This document shows, piece by piece, positions 38,163 through 48,043 of a stretch of DNA of 64,000 nucleotides. The notes below the pieces were generated by a model, which worked only from the letters and a program-made list of their open reading frames with translations, made no database searches and was not told the origin of the DNA. A program made the position numbers and the translations under genes. Origin of the DNA: a virus (Duplodnaviria; Caudoviricetes); IMG/VR virus record IMGVR_UViG_3300031998_000011, positions 32,001 to 96,000 of that record. One strand, given 5' to 3'. Numbering within the stretch: the first letter of the stretch is position 1; each line of letters begins with the position of its first letter.

Positions 38163-38664
38163 GCGATTACTGGAGTACGCGGTACAGCACGAGCCCAGGG
38201 CGGTCAGTATCGCCCTGGGCATTCCTTTGCCCACGGTGGAGGCTATCCAGCTGGGCAAGAAGAGTACCTGTACTCCGCTGGAGCTCGCTGCGATGGAAAC
38301 GCGGATGGGCGGAATCTTGCGCGTAAAGACACGGTATGGCGCCAAGCCCTGGTTCACGAAGGACAGGCTCGTCGGCGTCCGGCACACGGAGCTGATAAAG
38401 GAGACAGCTGCATATGTCTCGCGTAGCTGGCCGATGCTGAAGAGGTACCGTGCGTACGAGAGCAAGAAAACTGGAAAGAAGCGACCGATCTTCAGGCAGC
38501 TTTCCATGTATGCGCCCCTCTACAATTTCTGGGATTCCATGCTCAAGGACACTTTGCCGTTCCTGCTGCGGCTATGGGATGAGTTCCCTGAGCACCGGAA
38601 GATACTGTTCCAGGACACAGGTTTCGAAAACGTGGTCAACGAAATCAGGAGCCCCTCCAAGTGA
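38140..38664 (+). CDS. hypothetical, possible HTH protein
   Basis: PRAVSIALGIPLPTVEAI. Confidence 0.5.
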   Translation: MKQVPISKRLLEYAVQHEPRAVSIALGIPLPTVEAIQLGKKSTCTPLELAAMETRMGGILRVKTRYGAKPWFTKDRLVGVRHTELIKETAAYVSRSWPMLKRYRAYESKKTGKKRPIFRQLSMYAPLYNFWDSMLKDTLPFLLRLWDEFPEHRKILFQDTGFENVVNEIRSPSK

Positions 38665-38677
38665 GGGGTTCCTTTTT
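38647..38677 (+). terminator. intrinsic terminator
   Basis: AGGAGCCCCTC-caagt-GAGGGGTTCCT followed by a T-tract. Confidence 0.8.
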
Positions 38678-38758
38678 ATTGGGAGACATTATTATGTCTT
38701 GTTTCGCTACTGGCTTCATCATCGGATTCATTATCCTGGTACTTGCGGGGTGTGGCCG

Positions 38759-40426
38759 ATGATACTGAAGCTGAACTCAGACAACCTCGGCAGTTACGGC
38801 ACGCTGTTCGTAGGGGAACACACAAAGGTCCCGTGCCTGTATGCCAGCAGTGTGGACATTGTGTCAAATCGTCCGAGGGGTTGCTATACGAGCCATAACA
38901 AGTTCGGAGCAGACCTTGGCAACAATATGGACGATCTGGGCAATCGCCGCATCATGAACCTGGCATTCAGCGATTCGTTCTGTTGGAGAGCACCAAACAG
39001 GAAGTCCATGGCCTGGTTTGAAAGGGAAAGCCAGCGTGTGCTGTCTTCATGGGAGAACCCTAATGGCAAATGGGAGATGACGCAATACTCCCCTGTGGCG
39101 CTGGACGATCTTGTGTGGACCAACGCATGGCTGATGAAGACAGACCGCGAGGATGAGCCGAATGACACGCATGTCAGGGACCATGCGTTCCTGGCGCAGA
39201 TGCGCGGACATCTGAAGTATCATGTGGAGGGCGAGAATGCTCCCATAGACTTCAGTCCGCAGTTGGGCTTCTCGTTCGACTACATCTGGAGGCTTCCGCG
39301 CTTCCCCGGCGACCTGCGCAGGATTCCGATCATCAACACGGAAATCGAAGCGACGTCTGTCCCCATGTACAGCAACGAGCGCAGCAATATCCGCAGCACG
39401 ACGTTCAGGATGCACTGTGCGGACGGACCGCTGAGGTTCCGTATAGACAAGCATCTGTCGGACATTTACAACGGCGGTCATTACAACCTGGTCACGGAAC
39501 GAATCGTAAACAGTCACGGCGGCAGTCCTTATCAGAGGATGCTGCTTGCGAAGCATGTTCTGAAGAGCATGGAGAAGTTCCACCTGTCCAGGAAGCGCGT
39601 CTTCGAGGCGTTCGATGTCCAGTATTCGGAAGTCTATCCGAAGGGTGCGCAGGCCATGACCTACGACGACCCGTATCTGTTGGAGAACGACTACGAGGAG
39701 CAGTTCGATATCTGGAACCCTGACAAGTATCAGATGTTCGGTGAACCGTACTTGACCGGCCAGGTGGATGTGCCTGACCGTGACAAGTTCGACGAGTTGT
39801 TCCCGAAGCTAAAGCAGGTGTTCGCAGACATTGACGAACTGTACGAGCACGTCACCAGCATCAAGCAGTTGCTGGACATTCCGACGGACTACTGGGAAGG
39901 CAAGGATCCGTGCAGGAAGTTGTCTGCCCTGCGTCATTCCGGAGCCGGCTGCTATAAGAAGCTGGGTTTGTTCGTGACGGACATGCAGGAGCTCACCGAC
40001 TGCGGCCGGGAGATGGCGAACTATCTGTCGCTCTCCACGTGGTCCAGTGAGTCCAACCACATGATCGACTACAAGCTGATGGTCCGCCTGGGAATACTTC
40101 CGAGGCTTCCGCGCCTATCCACCGATAACAGATACGACCAGCATGAGATGACGTGGTTTTCATCCTGGAAGATGCGGGTCACGCCGTGCTGCTGTTTCGT
40201 CATGTCGCAGGACAAGCACGACAGAGCGTTCGTCAGACTTGAGAAGGCACTCGGTTACGAGATAGACCGGGAAGCCTTCGTGCAGGACTTGCAGAACAGC
40301 CTGAGAGGTCGTCAGAACCGCATAGCGGTCATCGTAGGAGGCATTGCGGAGTTCATACCGCGCAAGCGTGAGAACATCGTGAAGAGCCTCCAGAACGTCT
40401 ACGGAAAGCAGGTGGAGTTCTTATGA
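38759..40426 (+). CDS. large hypothetical protein
   Basis: ORF 38450..40426. Start moved past the terminator to ATG 38759. Confidence 0.7.
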   Translation: MILKLNSDNLGSYGTLFVGEHTKVPCLYASSVDIVSNRPRGCYTSHNKFGADLGNNMDDLGNRRIMNLAFSDSFCWRAPNRKSMAWFERESQRVLSSWENPNGKWEMTQYSPVALDDLVWTNAWLMKTDREDEPNDTHVRDHAFLAQMRGHLKYHVEGENAPIDFSPQLGFSFDYIWRLPRFPGDLRRIPIINTEIEATSVPMYSNERSNIRSTTFRMHCADGPLRFRIDKHLSDIYNGGHYNLVTERIVNSHGGSPYQRMLLAKHVLKSMEKFHLSRKRVFEAFDVQYSEVYPKGAQAMTYDDPYLLENDYEEQFDIWNPDKYQMFGEPYLTGQVDVPDRDKFDELFPKLKQVFADIDELYEHVTSIKQLLDIPTDYWEGKDPCRKLSALRHSGAGCYKKLGLFVTDMQELTDCGREMANYLSLSTWSSESNHMIDYKLMVRLGILPRLPRLSTDNRYDQHEMTWFSSWKMRVTPCCCFVMSQDKHDRAFVRLEKALGYEIDREAFVQDLQNSLRGRQNRIAVIVGGIAEFIPRKRENIVKSLQNVYGKQVEFL

Positions 40427-40662
40427 AAATCTTCTACCTGATCGACGCCATTATCACGGTGGTCTACAACCGGATACTGGAAAAGAAAGATTGGCGCATC
40501 CTGCTGGTCTTTCTCATTGTTACTGCGCTGTTTGCCGGTATTCGCATCACGCTCATCAGCGTTATCATCACCCTTGCGTTCTTCGTGATCCTTGACAGGG
40601 GTGCGATAGCTGAAATCAAACGGGCGTACAGACAAATCAAGGAACACAATGAAAATCAATAA
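40423..40662 (+). CDS. small membrane protein (2 TM)
   Basis: Hydrophobic core, ATGA coupling. Confidence 0.55.
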   Translation: MKIFYLIDAIITVVYNRILEKKDWRILLVFLIVTALFAGIRITLISVIITLAFFVILDRGAIAEIKRAYRQIKEHNENQ

Positions 40663-40672
40663 GGAAACCGCA

Positions 40673-41368
40673 ATGAACTCAAACACGACTGTGACCAAGT
40701 TGGTCAAGAAGTTCGAAGCACTGTGGACTGAATCGCTCGAAAATCGCTACCAGGCCGCCAAGGTCTACTACAAGGCGATCACCGAGCACCCCGACAACGA
40801 GACCCGCCGCCTGTTCCATGAGTCCGAGGCCCACAAGGACTGGACCGCACTCCGTTGGCGCTGGATCTACAACATCGGCAAGGCTGCCTGGAACGCCGAA
40901 CAGCTCAAGGCCGGCAAGATCACGGAAATGCCTCGCGGCGGTATCTGCCGTGCCATGCTCGACATCCACAACTACTCGCTTGCGATGTCGATGCGTCAGA
41001 TTCCGATCCAGCGCCAGGAGGAGATCTGTACCAACGGTCTCACGCTCTACTCCAAGGAGCACAAGGGCGGCGTTGTCATTCCTCTGCGCAAGCTGAACCG
41101 TCACCACATCATGCACTGCTTCGACATCGACTCCGGCAACGAGATCCCGGTCGAACAGCAGCGCAAGAAACCGCTCCACGGCGCCAAGAAGGAACCGATC
41201 AAGTTCGTGACCGACCCGGCCAGCGGCAAGCTCCATGTCAGCGTCCAGCGCAAGTGCGTCATCAACGCCGGCCTCATGCTGGAGATCCTGGCACACAAGA
41301 ACGACCAGGGTGCGTCCATTCTGGATGTCAAGCAGCTCTATGACGTGATCCACAAGCTGGAGGCCTGA
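40673..41368 (+). CDS. hypothetical, highly expressed codon bias
   Basis: Strong C-ending codon use, SD TAAGGA. Confidence 0.75.
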   Translation: MNSNTTVTKLVKKFEALWTESLENRYQAAKVYYKAITEHPDNETRRLFHESEAHKDWTALRWRWIYNIGKAAWNAEQLKAGKITEMPRGGICRAMLDIHNYSLAMSMRQIPIQRQEEICTNGLTLYSKEHKGGVVIPLRKLNRHHIMHCFDIDSGNEIPVEQQRKKPLHGAKKEPIKFVTDPASGKLHVSVQRKCVINAGLMLEILAHKNDQGASILDVKQLYDVIHKLEA

Positions 41369-41369
41369 T

Positions 41370-42392
41370 ATGAATTGGGCGGACATAGCTGCAATCGACA
41401 GTCCGGGCAATTACCCGGTCGGTCGCATCGAACAGGACATTGAGCCGGAGGTCAAGGAGTACCTCAATGACTACAATCTCAATGAGATGAAGTACGAGGA
41501 CATCCGTGAGCTTCTGTTCAAGATCCGTCAGGACCTGCACCTCAAGCCGTGGCACCCGGTCACGCCTTATCTCCAGGCTTACGCTTTCGGCGATTGGGAA
41601 TCCCGTGGCAAGCACATCAAAGGCAATCCGGTCGGATGGATCAGTTGCACCGGCAATTACAGACCTCTCAGCATGTACACGCACGACATCACCGAGAGTT
41701 ATCCGGTGTATGCGTCCATCGGTTCAGGCGAACAGGTCTATGTCGGCGAGCTCATCATGCAGATGGACGGCAAGAAGTGCTTCCGGTTCTGGGGCATTTA
41801 CACCGAGCGCATGATTGAGGATTGTTCCAGCTATGGAAGACCCATTCGGGATCCGCGCACAGGCGAGCAGTACTTCACCAGTACCGTGCTCTGCACCTGG
41901 AAGGATCGGATCACACTGCAGGGAGATGTTGTCGTGAAGGTGCTGTCAAGGCGCCACAGATTGTCGGCTGTCCGTCCAAATGGTGAATCGAAGTCCAAAC
42001 CGAAGGACGAACAGCCGGAGCTCCCGCTGAAGAGTACGGACCCTGTGTCCGTTAAGGCAGCGCCTGTAAAGATGAGCACCGTGATGTGTCTTTCCGGTTC
42101 GGATGTGGAGAAGCGCAGATATCTCATCGAGATGTTCATCTGCATGTCGTCTCTTGCGAAGGGCACGGTTGTCTCTCATGAGAAGATGACCGGCGTACTG
42201 ACCGAATATCTCAGAGTCCTGGATGGTCCCAGTGCCAGTATTCAGATTCCGGATATCGTGCTGATGACCTGCTGGTCGTTCTACTGCATGATGCCGGACG
42301 ATGAATCGCGCAAGACTACCAAATACTGGTACGATGCGCTGGTTCGGACTGAGGATACTCGCGTAACCCTGGAAGGAACACGTGTACCATGA
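41370..42392 (+). CDS. hypothetical protein
   Basis: SD GGAGG, 340 aa. Confidence 0.7.
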   Translation: MNWADIAAIDSPGNYPVGRIEQDIEPEVKEYLNDYNLNEMKYEDIRELLFKIRQDLHLKPWHPVTPYLQAYAFGDWESRGKHIKGNPVGWISCTGNYRPLSMYTHDITESYPVYASIGSGEQVYVGELIMQMDGKKCFRFWGIYTERMIEDCSSYGRPIRDPRTGEQYFTSTVLCTWKDRITLQGDVVVKVLSRRHRLSAVRPNGESKSKPKDEQPELPLKSTDPVSVKAAPVKMSTVMCLSGSDVEKRRYLIEMFICMSSLAKGTVVSHEKMTGVLTEYLRVLDGPSASIQIPDIVLMTCWSFYCMMPDDESRKTTKYWYDALVRTEDTRVTLEGTRVP

Positions 42393-42676
42393 ACGAAGAT
42401 GAGATGGAACAGCTGAAAGACCGCATCGACACTGTTGAGCAGGAAGTCGCCAATGTGAGCCGCATGCTGCAGGAAGTGCTTGTCAAACTCGGCGCGAAGA
42501 TCGAGAACTGCACAAACTGTACGCACCGCATGGGCGAGTGCGAGGATCCGTTCGACGATCCTGCGAATAAGGTGTTCTGCAGATTCTGGATGGACTACCA
42601 TGTGCCGTCTCATCGGTGCAGGCAGTGGACTGACAAGCCGGAGGATGACACTCCTGATCTGGCAAGTTGTCCTTAA
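42389..42676 (+). CDS. coiled-coil + Cys-rich small protein
   Basis: CTNC..C..C..C. Confidence 0.6.
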   Translation: MNEDEMEQLKDRIDTVEQEVANVSRMLQEVLVKLGAKIENCTNCTHRMGECEDPFDDPANKVFCRFWMDYHVPSHRCRQWTDKPEDDTPDLASCP

Positions 42677-43539
42677 AGAGAAACACCATCTGCCTGAAGG
42701 ATTTCTTTGAGCTTCCCCTGAAGCCGTCTGAGCTTGATATGCAGGCGGGTGATGGGGAGGCCAGTTTCCTGGCAGATGGTGTTTTCGTCAAGTTGCTTGG
42801 CTCCGGCCAAGCCGTATAGGTGGATCAAAATGTATCTGTCCCTTTCGGGAAGGTCTTTCATGGATTCATTCAACGCGGCAACCGCGTAGTCAACTTCACT
42901 TTTCTCTTGTGCTCCGTCGTCTAAATTCTCACCGATGAACTCACCGAACGTCGTACGACTGGAGTCGTCTTCACTCACGCTGGCCTCAATGGAGTAGACC
43001 TTGAGGTCAGCTCTTTTGATGTTTTCTAATTGCTTGTCTGACAGCCCCGTAATCCCTTTGATTTCATCATCTGTCGGCTGTCGGTGGAATTGATTTGCGA
43101 AACTCAGTTTTACTTTTTCGAGGTTCAATACTTTTTGTGTTGCGCCGCCCGGAATCCTTATCGTATGCGTCTGTTCTGCGAGCGCCTTTCGGATTGCTTG
43201 CTTGATCCACCAGGTCGCGTAACACGAGAACTTTGCTCCGTGTCCCGGCTGGAATTTGTCAGCTGCCGTCATCAGACCTCGGTTGCCTTCTGCCACGATA
43301 TCGGCGAAGGTCATGCCGTAGCGCTTGAAATCATGGCTGATTTTTACGACCAGTTTGAGGTTCGAGTGGATCAGCTCTTCACGGGCTGCCTGCTTTTGCT
43401 CCTCTGTTCCGTTATGGATCAGATTTGAGAGCTCGACTTCGCGCTCTTTGGAGATTCTCTTGAAGCCGTCAATGTCGTTCATGTAGCGGCTGATGTCTTC
43501 GGTGAGTACGGACGCATTTCGGGTGGGACTGCAGATCAT
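42673..43539 (-). CDS. sigma-70 family RNA polymerase sigma factor (RpoD/RpoS-like regions 1.2-4)
   Basis: SNLKLVVKISHDF, DIVAEGNRGL, KFSCYATWWIKQAI, TIRIP, GRxPT-like region 3. SD AAAGGAG precedes ATG 43539. Confidence 0.93.
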   Translation of the reverse strand: MICSPTRNASVLTEDISRYMNDIDGFKRISKEREVELSNLIHNGTEEQKQAAREELIHSNLKLVVKISHDFKRYGMTFADIVAEGNRGLMTAADKFQPGHGAKFSCYATWWIKQAIRKALAEQTHTIRIPGGATQKVLNLEKVKLSFANQFHRQPTDDEIKGITGLSDKQLENIKRADLKVYSIEASVSEDDSSRTTFGEFIGENLDDGAQEKSEVDYAVAALNESMKDLPERDRYILIHLYGLAGAKQLDENTICQETGLPITRLHIKLRRLQGKLKEILQADGVSL

Positions 43540-43574
43540 GGGTTTCTCCTTTTGGTTTTTGGGTGATGCCAATC

Positions 43575-43603
43575 AATATAGCACTGATTCCCGAAATTGT
43601 CAA
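43575..43603 (-). promoter_or_regulatory. consensus sigma70 promoter driving the phage sigma gene
   Basis: TTGACA-17 nt-TATATT with extended -10 TG. Confidence 0.8.
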
Positions 43604-43640
43604 ACTCTGTTTTGCATTTTTGTGTAAATTCTTGTAACTG

Positions 43641-43669
43641 TTTATTACTCATGCCTTTGCGGGCATAAT
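43641..43669 (+). promoter_or_regulatory. possible divergent promoter
   Basis: TTTATT-17 nt-CATAAT in the AT-rich divergent gap. Confidence 0.4.
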
Positions 43670-43763
43670 ACAATGGAGAACTGCATGCTGTCCTATGTTG
43701 GGACGACGTGGACAGTTCCCATAACAACCAATGGGGAAGTACTCCCCAGAAAGGAATGGAACC

Positions 43764-44771
43764 ATGTTGGCTCCGATTCCCTTCAACATCGACGTCCTCC
43801 GTGGACGTGAAGCGTTACACCTCATCAACCACAACGGGGGCTTTGCGCTCAGCGCAGAACTGAAGCCGAAGCTGACCAAGGGCAAGCTGAACGTGGCTAT
43901 GCCCAGCCCCAATGAAAGCAACATGCTGGTGTGCGCTTTGCTGGGCATCTTGACAGGCCGGAAGGTGATGTTCATCTTCTGCGACAAGAAGGATGATCCG
44001 CGCTTCTGTGAGTGCGATTTCGTGCTCACGAAGCAATCTCCGCTTTTCGGTTCCGACAAGGCGGACGCAATCGAAGTGTTCCTCGCCATCCTGTGGAACA
44101 CGCCGTGGGTCAGCGAGCTATTCGACGAGCCTGCGGCAGCGGACGGATGGCTCCAGCAGATCTGGACCTCCTGCTTTGAGGGTCTGACTGATGTATGGCG
44201 TCTCGGCGAACTCTCGCTGTGGGACGACAAGGAAATGGCGTGGAAAGCCCTCTGGTGGCTGGACAAGCGTCTCCGTTCCATGCAGAAGGTGTACCTCATG
44301 GAGGGCAACCTCATGAAGAAGCTCCGTGCTCTGGTTCACGACCACAAGGGCGTTATCAAGCTCCCGCCTGGAGCAGATGGTATGACCATCGGCGGCTGCC
44401 GCCAGTTCATCCGTGCGGTCGAAGCTGAGACGCTCAACGCCAGGGAACACATCCCGGTGATTACAGTGGTCGGGCAGTACAAGGGTGTCTGGCATGTCTG
44501 GCCGGCACTTACGCTGGACGACCAGGGTAACGAAGTTCCATGCATGAATTTCAAGGCAGCACTGCAGACCGAGCCCGATAGCCGCAAGTGGATGTCGATG
44601 CTGTACAGCAAGCTGCATTTCAATAAGTTCACACGGGAAGAACGGATCGAGTGCGCAGATGTCCATGCTGCCTGTATGCTGGCGGACTGGCTTTGTGCCT
44701 GTTTCCACGGCAAGGCCAAGCAGGGAGACCTGGAAGGCATTGTCGGGCTCTATGATGGAATCCCCAAATAA
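43764..44771 (+). CDS. hypothetical protein
   Basis: SD GAAAGGA, first gene of the rightward accessory block. Confidence 0.75.
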   Translation: MLAPIPFNIDVLRGREALHLINHNGGFALSAELKPKLTKGKLNVAMPSPNESNMLVCALLGILTGRKVMFIFCDKKDDPRFCECDFVLTKQSPLFGSDKADAIEVFLAILWNTPWVSELFDEPAAADGWLQQIWTSCFEGLTDVWRLGELSLWDDKEMAWKALWWLDKRLRSMQKVYLMEGNLMKKLRALVHDHKGVIKLPPGADGMTIGGCRQFIRAVEAETLNAREHIPVITVVGQYKGVWHVWPALTLDDQGNEVPCMNFKAALQTEPDSRKWMSMLYSKLHFNKFTREERIECADVHAACMLADWLCACFHGKAKQGDLEGIVGLYDGIPK

Positions 44772-44780
44772 GGAGCAACT

Positions 44781-45005
44781 ATGAGCAAACTTTATGATAT
44801 CGAGGCAGGAACCTGTCCGAACTGTGAGAGTGAGGACGTCGAGAACGTCGGCGTGAACTATCTCAAAGATCATAACGAGGGCGTGAGCTACCTGCGTCGC
44901 TGCAACGACTGCGGAGCCAAGTTCCGCGAAGTTTACCAACTCGAATATATCGGTTCTGAACTCGTTTCGGTTCCGAAAACGCATAATGGAAGGAAAAATC
45001 AATGA
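44781..45005 (+). CDS. Zn-ribbon family protein
   Basis: CPNCES...CNDCGAKFREVY. Confidence 0.75.
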   Translation: MSKLYDIEAGTCPNCESEDVENVGVNYLKDHNEGVSYLRRCNDCGAKFREVYQLEYIGSELVSVPKTHNGRKNQ

Positions 45006-45376
45006 TGACGAACTTTCCGAACACGCCGGGTGCTACCCCGGCAAACCCTGAGAAGTACATCCAGGGTGAGAAGGCCGACAAGGTCGAAACCGTGAAGTCC
45101 ATTCTGATGGGCAAACCGCAGACCGAGCAGGCCAAGCAAGTCAGCGCTCTGCTGCAGGACATCTATGACCTACAGGGCAAAGCAAGCCGCACGCCCGTGC
45201 TGTCGGAAGACGGCGCGGTTCTGCTGAAGGGCATTCAGGACAGTCTGTCCGCGATGGCTGCCAACCTCACCACGTCGCTCGGCATCAAGTCCGAGAACGA
45301 CGTGAACCGTGCAATCAACGAAATGCGTGCCCGTGTGGTCTACTACCAGAGTGCGCTGGAAGGAGTCTACGCATGA
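45002..45376 (+). CDS. hypothetical helical protein
   Basis: 124 aa, coupled. Confidence 0.65.
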   Translation: MMTNFPNTPGATPANPEKYIQGEKADKVETVKSILMGKPQTEQAKQVSALLQDIYDLQGKASRTPVLSEDGAVLLKGIQDSLSAMAANLTTSLGIKSENDVNRAINEMRARVVYYQSALEGVYA

Positions 45377-45961
45377 CCGAAGTCTATTACGACCTGGGTC
45401 CGTGCTTCAGCCTGGTATGCAGAAGTCTGTACGACTTCAGTGCATTTATCATGGAGCTCCCGCAGTTCCATCCCGTTACAACCATCCAGGGCGATGTGCA
45501 ACTCGAAACGCTGCACACAGAGGAGTAAGTGGAATGACGTTCTGCGACAGCAAGGACTGTCCGAAGAAGGACAAGTGCGGAACACATATCGACAGGCTCC
45601 GCGTACCAGAGGGAGTCAGCTGCCCGATTTGGCAGTTCGATTTCTATAAGCTGGTCAAGAACGGCGAATGCAGGCATGAGCGCAAGTTCGCCCAGTACAC
45701 AATCAGAACAACAAAGGAATCAAATAATGTCATGCAATAGACTCGTGAAGGCTTTGACAAGCCTCATCAACATGAACAATGTCGCCGAGAAGGTCGAAGA
45801 TATCTACGGCGAGGCTGACGATGAGATGAGCTGCAAGGAAATCACAGAGCTCGTCAAGTCCGGCCAGGTTCAGATCGTCATCGGAATCACCTGCTACGAC
45901 CGCAACGGAGACTACGTCGGAGAAGACGAAGTCGAGTGCGAACAGTCAGAGGACGACTTCG

Positions 45962-46639
45962 ATGACGAATGACAAGCGCACCATAACCAGTTCCAAGTAT
46001 GGCGACATCATTCATCAGGGTCAGGACTGGACCTTCATCGAGAATGGAATGCTGCATGCAGCCTCTGTTGAATGTGGCGGTATCGTCAGAATCGACAGCG
46101 GCGGGTCTGCAAGCGCCTGTACAGTGGAGCAAAACGGCCAGATATGTGTCACTGCGGGTGGCCATGTAGAGTGCGTTTGCGTGGCCTCTGCAGGCCTTCT
46201 GCGCGTTTCTAAAGGAGGCTTCGCAAGTATCCTGAACACATCCAGCGGCGGACATATCGTTCTCAGCGGCGGGTTCGCACACAACGTCATACTGTCAGGC
46301 GGCCAGATCACTGTGTCAGAGGGCCAGGCAACGGAAGTCAACCTTGCAGGCCCCAACAGTTACCTGGCCTTGCAGGACGGTACCTACGGCGCAGAAGTCC
46401 GTATCGGTTCCGACTGCATCGCCAGGGTCGCCAATGGAGCGTTGCTGGAGCATGTGACCGTCAGCTCCGGCGGCACACTGAAACTCTATCACCAGAGCAT
46501 CTGCAGAGACATCATGCTGGAGCCCGGTGGTAGAATCGTCGCAACACACTATTCAATCATCTCAGGTCTGTCGTCTGTGCGCGATTATGCGCTCAAGGTG
46601 CATGACTCTGAAATAAACATGCTTGTCATCGAGGGATGA
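45962..46639 (+). CDS. AIDA/autotransporter-passenger-like beta-helix repeat protein
   Basis: Repeats IDSGGSA, VTAGGHV, TSSGGHI, ILSGGQI, VSSGGTL, LEPGGRI. Confidence 0.7.
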   Translation: MTNDKRTITSSKYGDIIHQGQDWTFIENGMLHAASVECGGIVRIDSGGSASACTVEQNGQICVTAGGHVECVCVASAGLLRVSKGGFASILNTSSGGHIVLSGGFAHNVILSGGQITVSEGQATEVNLAGPNSYLALQDGTYGAEVRIGSDCIARVANGALLEHVTVSSGGTLKLYHQSICRDIMLEPGGRIVATHYSIISGLSSVRDYALKVHDSEINMLVIEG

Positions 46640-46655
46640 CAGAAAGGAATACACA

Positions 46656-47117
46656 ATGGATCTCGTAACAATCACAACCGGAATTGCTGGTGTCGTCATC
46701 GCAATATTCGTCGCTTGTGCCTGCATTGGCATCATGCTGGAATACAGACGGGACGACAACTACGACTTCAAGAGGAATCTGGGCGGTCTCATGCATCTTG
46801 CCCAGCGGTTAGAGCAGAAGGATCTGTCTCCGGAGGACGGTTCAGAGGCACTTGCCGATCTGTTCAAGGAGATCGACAGAGACGCTGCAGCTGTCAATCA
46901 GGCCGCACTGCGCCACAGATATCACGCTCGGTGGTTCCATGTCTGGGCAATTATCTGTGTGCTGATCGCCTGTCTCGTGTTCGTCGGCGGCCTGTTCCTG
47001 GACAACCATATCCAGAACAAAGTCAACGAATCTTACCGTGCCGGAAACCAGCACGGAATGAATATCGCACGCGGTATCTGGGAGGCGACACATGGCGTCG
47101 TCGAAAAGGCAGAATGA
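46656..47117 (+). CDS. membrane protein (2 TM)
   Basis: Two hydrophobic helices, SD GAAAGGA. Confidence 0.7.
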   Translation: MDLVTITTGIAGVVIAIFVACACIGIMLEYRRDDNYDFKRNLGGLMHLAQRLEQKDLSPEDGSEALADLFKEIDRDAAAVNQAALRHRYHARWFHVWAIICVLIACLVFVGGLFLDNHIQNKVNESYRAGNQHGMNIARGIWEATHGVVEKAE

Positions 47118-47376
47118 CGGCATCCAGCTCTACATCAACGGCAAGCGGGTGAACATCTGCAGGCTGGATGATGAGAAGCTGGATAAACTCATCGAGAACT
47201 GCAAGGCGCTCGTAGACAACTGCGAGCGCCAACTCAGTCTCACTCAGGAGATGGAGGAAGCCATAAAAATGAAAATCAAAGCGGCAAAGGCGGAACTCGC
47301 GAGCTGGGAAGAGCTCAAGAGCATCCGTAAGGAACGCAGCAACATTTTCGACAAGTGGGAGGAGACCGATGAGTAA
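47092..47376 (+). CDS. coiled-coil hypothetical protein
   Basis: 94 aa. Confidence 0.55.
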   Translation: MASSKRQNDGIQLYINGKRVNICRLDDEKLDKLIENCKALVDNCERQLSLTQEMEEAIKMKIKAAKAELASWEELKSIRKERSNIFDKWEETDE

Positions 47377-48043
47377 CGCAACCATGTCTGGTTTCATCAC
47401 TGTGTCGTCCGGCCGCATCGAGCTGCCGGAGGACGTCGATGTCTACATGTCAGGCTGCGCTGTGATCGGTAAAGGCGGAGAACTGATTCTGAACGGTAAA
47501 GGCCAGTCGTCCCAGTACATACATGAGTGCATTGTCGAGGAAGGTGGCTATCTGTATGCCGGCGGTAATCTGGCGCATGTTACCAGCGCCACTATTCAGG
47601 AGTCAGGACATCTGTATGTCAGTGATGACGCACATATGTACGACGTCATGGGCGGCGGCCTTATCATCTGCAGAGGTGCATCCAGCATCCTGCACATGGA
47701 GGTCACGGCCGGCGGCAAGGCTGTTATGGAGAATGTGAAGCTCGCACGGAACGTTCATGTGCATCCTCGTGCAGAACTGGAAGTCAGCAGCCAGACGCAT
47801 ATCGAACACCTCGTTGTTCGTATGGGTGGCTATGCCAGGATCTCAGAGTCACATGCTGTGGATGTCGAGATCTGCAGCGGCGGTACGCTGTCCATCCTGG
47901 ACGCCAACGTCAGCGAGATCAGGCAATCCGAGGGTGCCGTGGTAAAAATCAACGGCAAGTGCAAGGTACACTACAACAGGCTGTCGGAAGTCGGCGGTCC
48001 GGAGTTCAAGGAGTACTCTGATGGTCTCTCAAAAGAAGAATAA
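47369..48043 (+). CDS. second AIDA-like beta-helix repeat protein
   Basis: VSSGRI, IGKGGEL, VEEGGYL, VTAGGKA, ICSGGTL. Confidence 0.7.
   Translation: MSNATMSGFITVSSGRIELPEDVDVYMSGCAVIGKGGELILNGKGQSSQYIHECIVEEGGYLYAGGNLAHVTSATIQESGHLYVSDDAHMYDVMGGGLIICRGASSILHMEVTAGGKAVMENVKLARNVHVHPRAELEVSSQTHIEHLVVRMGGYARISESHAVDVEICSGGTLSILDANVSEIRQSEGAVVKINGKCKVHYNRLSEVGGPEFKEYSDGLSKEE

Noticed and set aside
38450-38758. N-terminal 103 codons of the 658-aa ORF
   Set aside because: They overlap another gene and cross a terminator. ATG 38759 is the better start.
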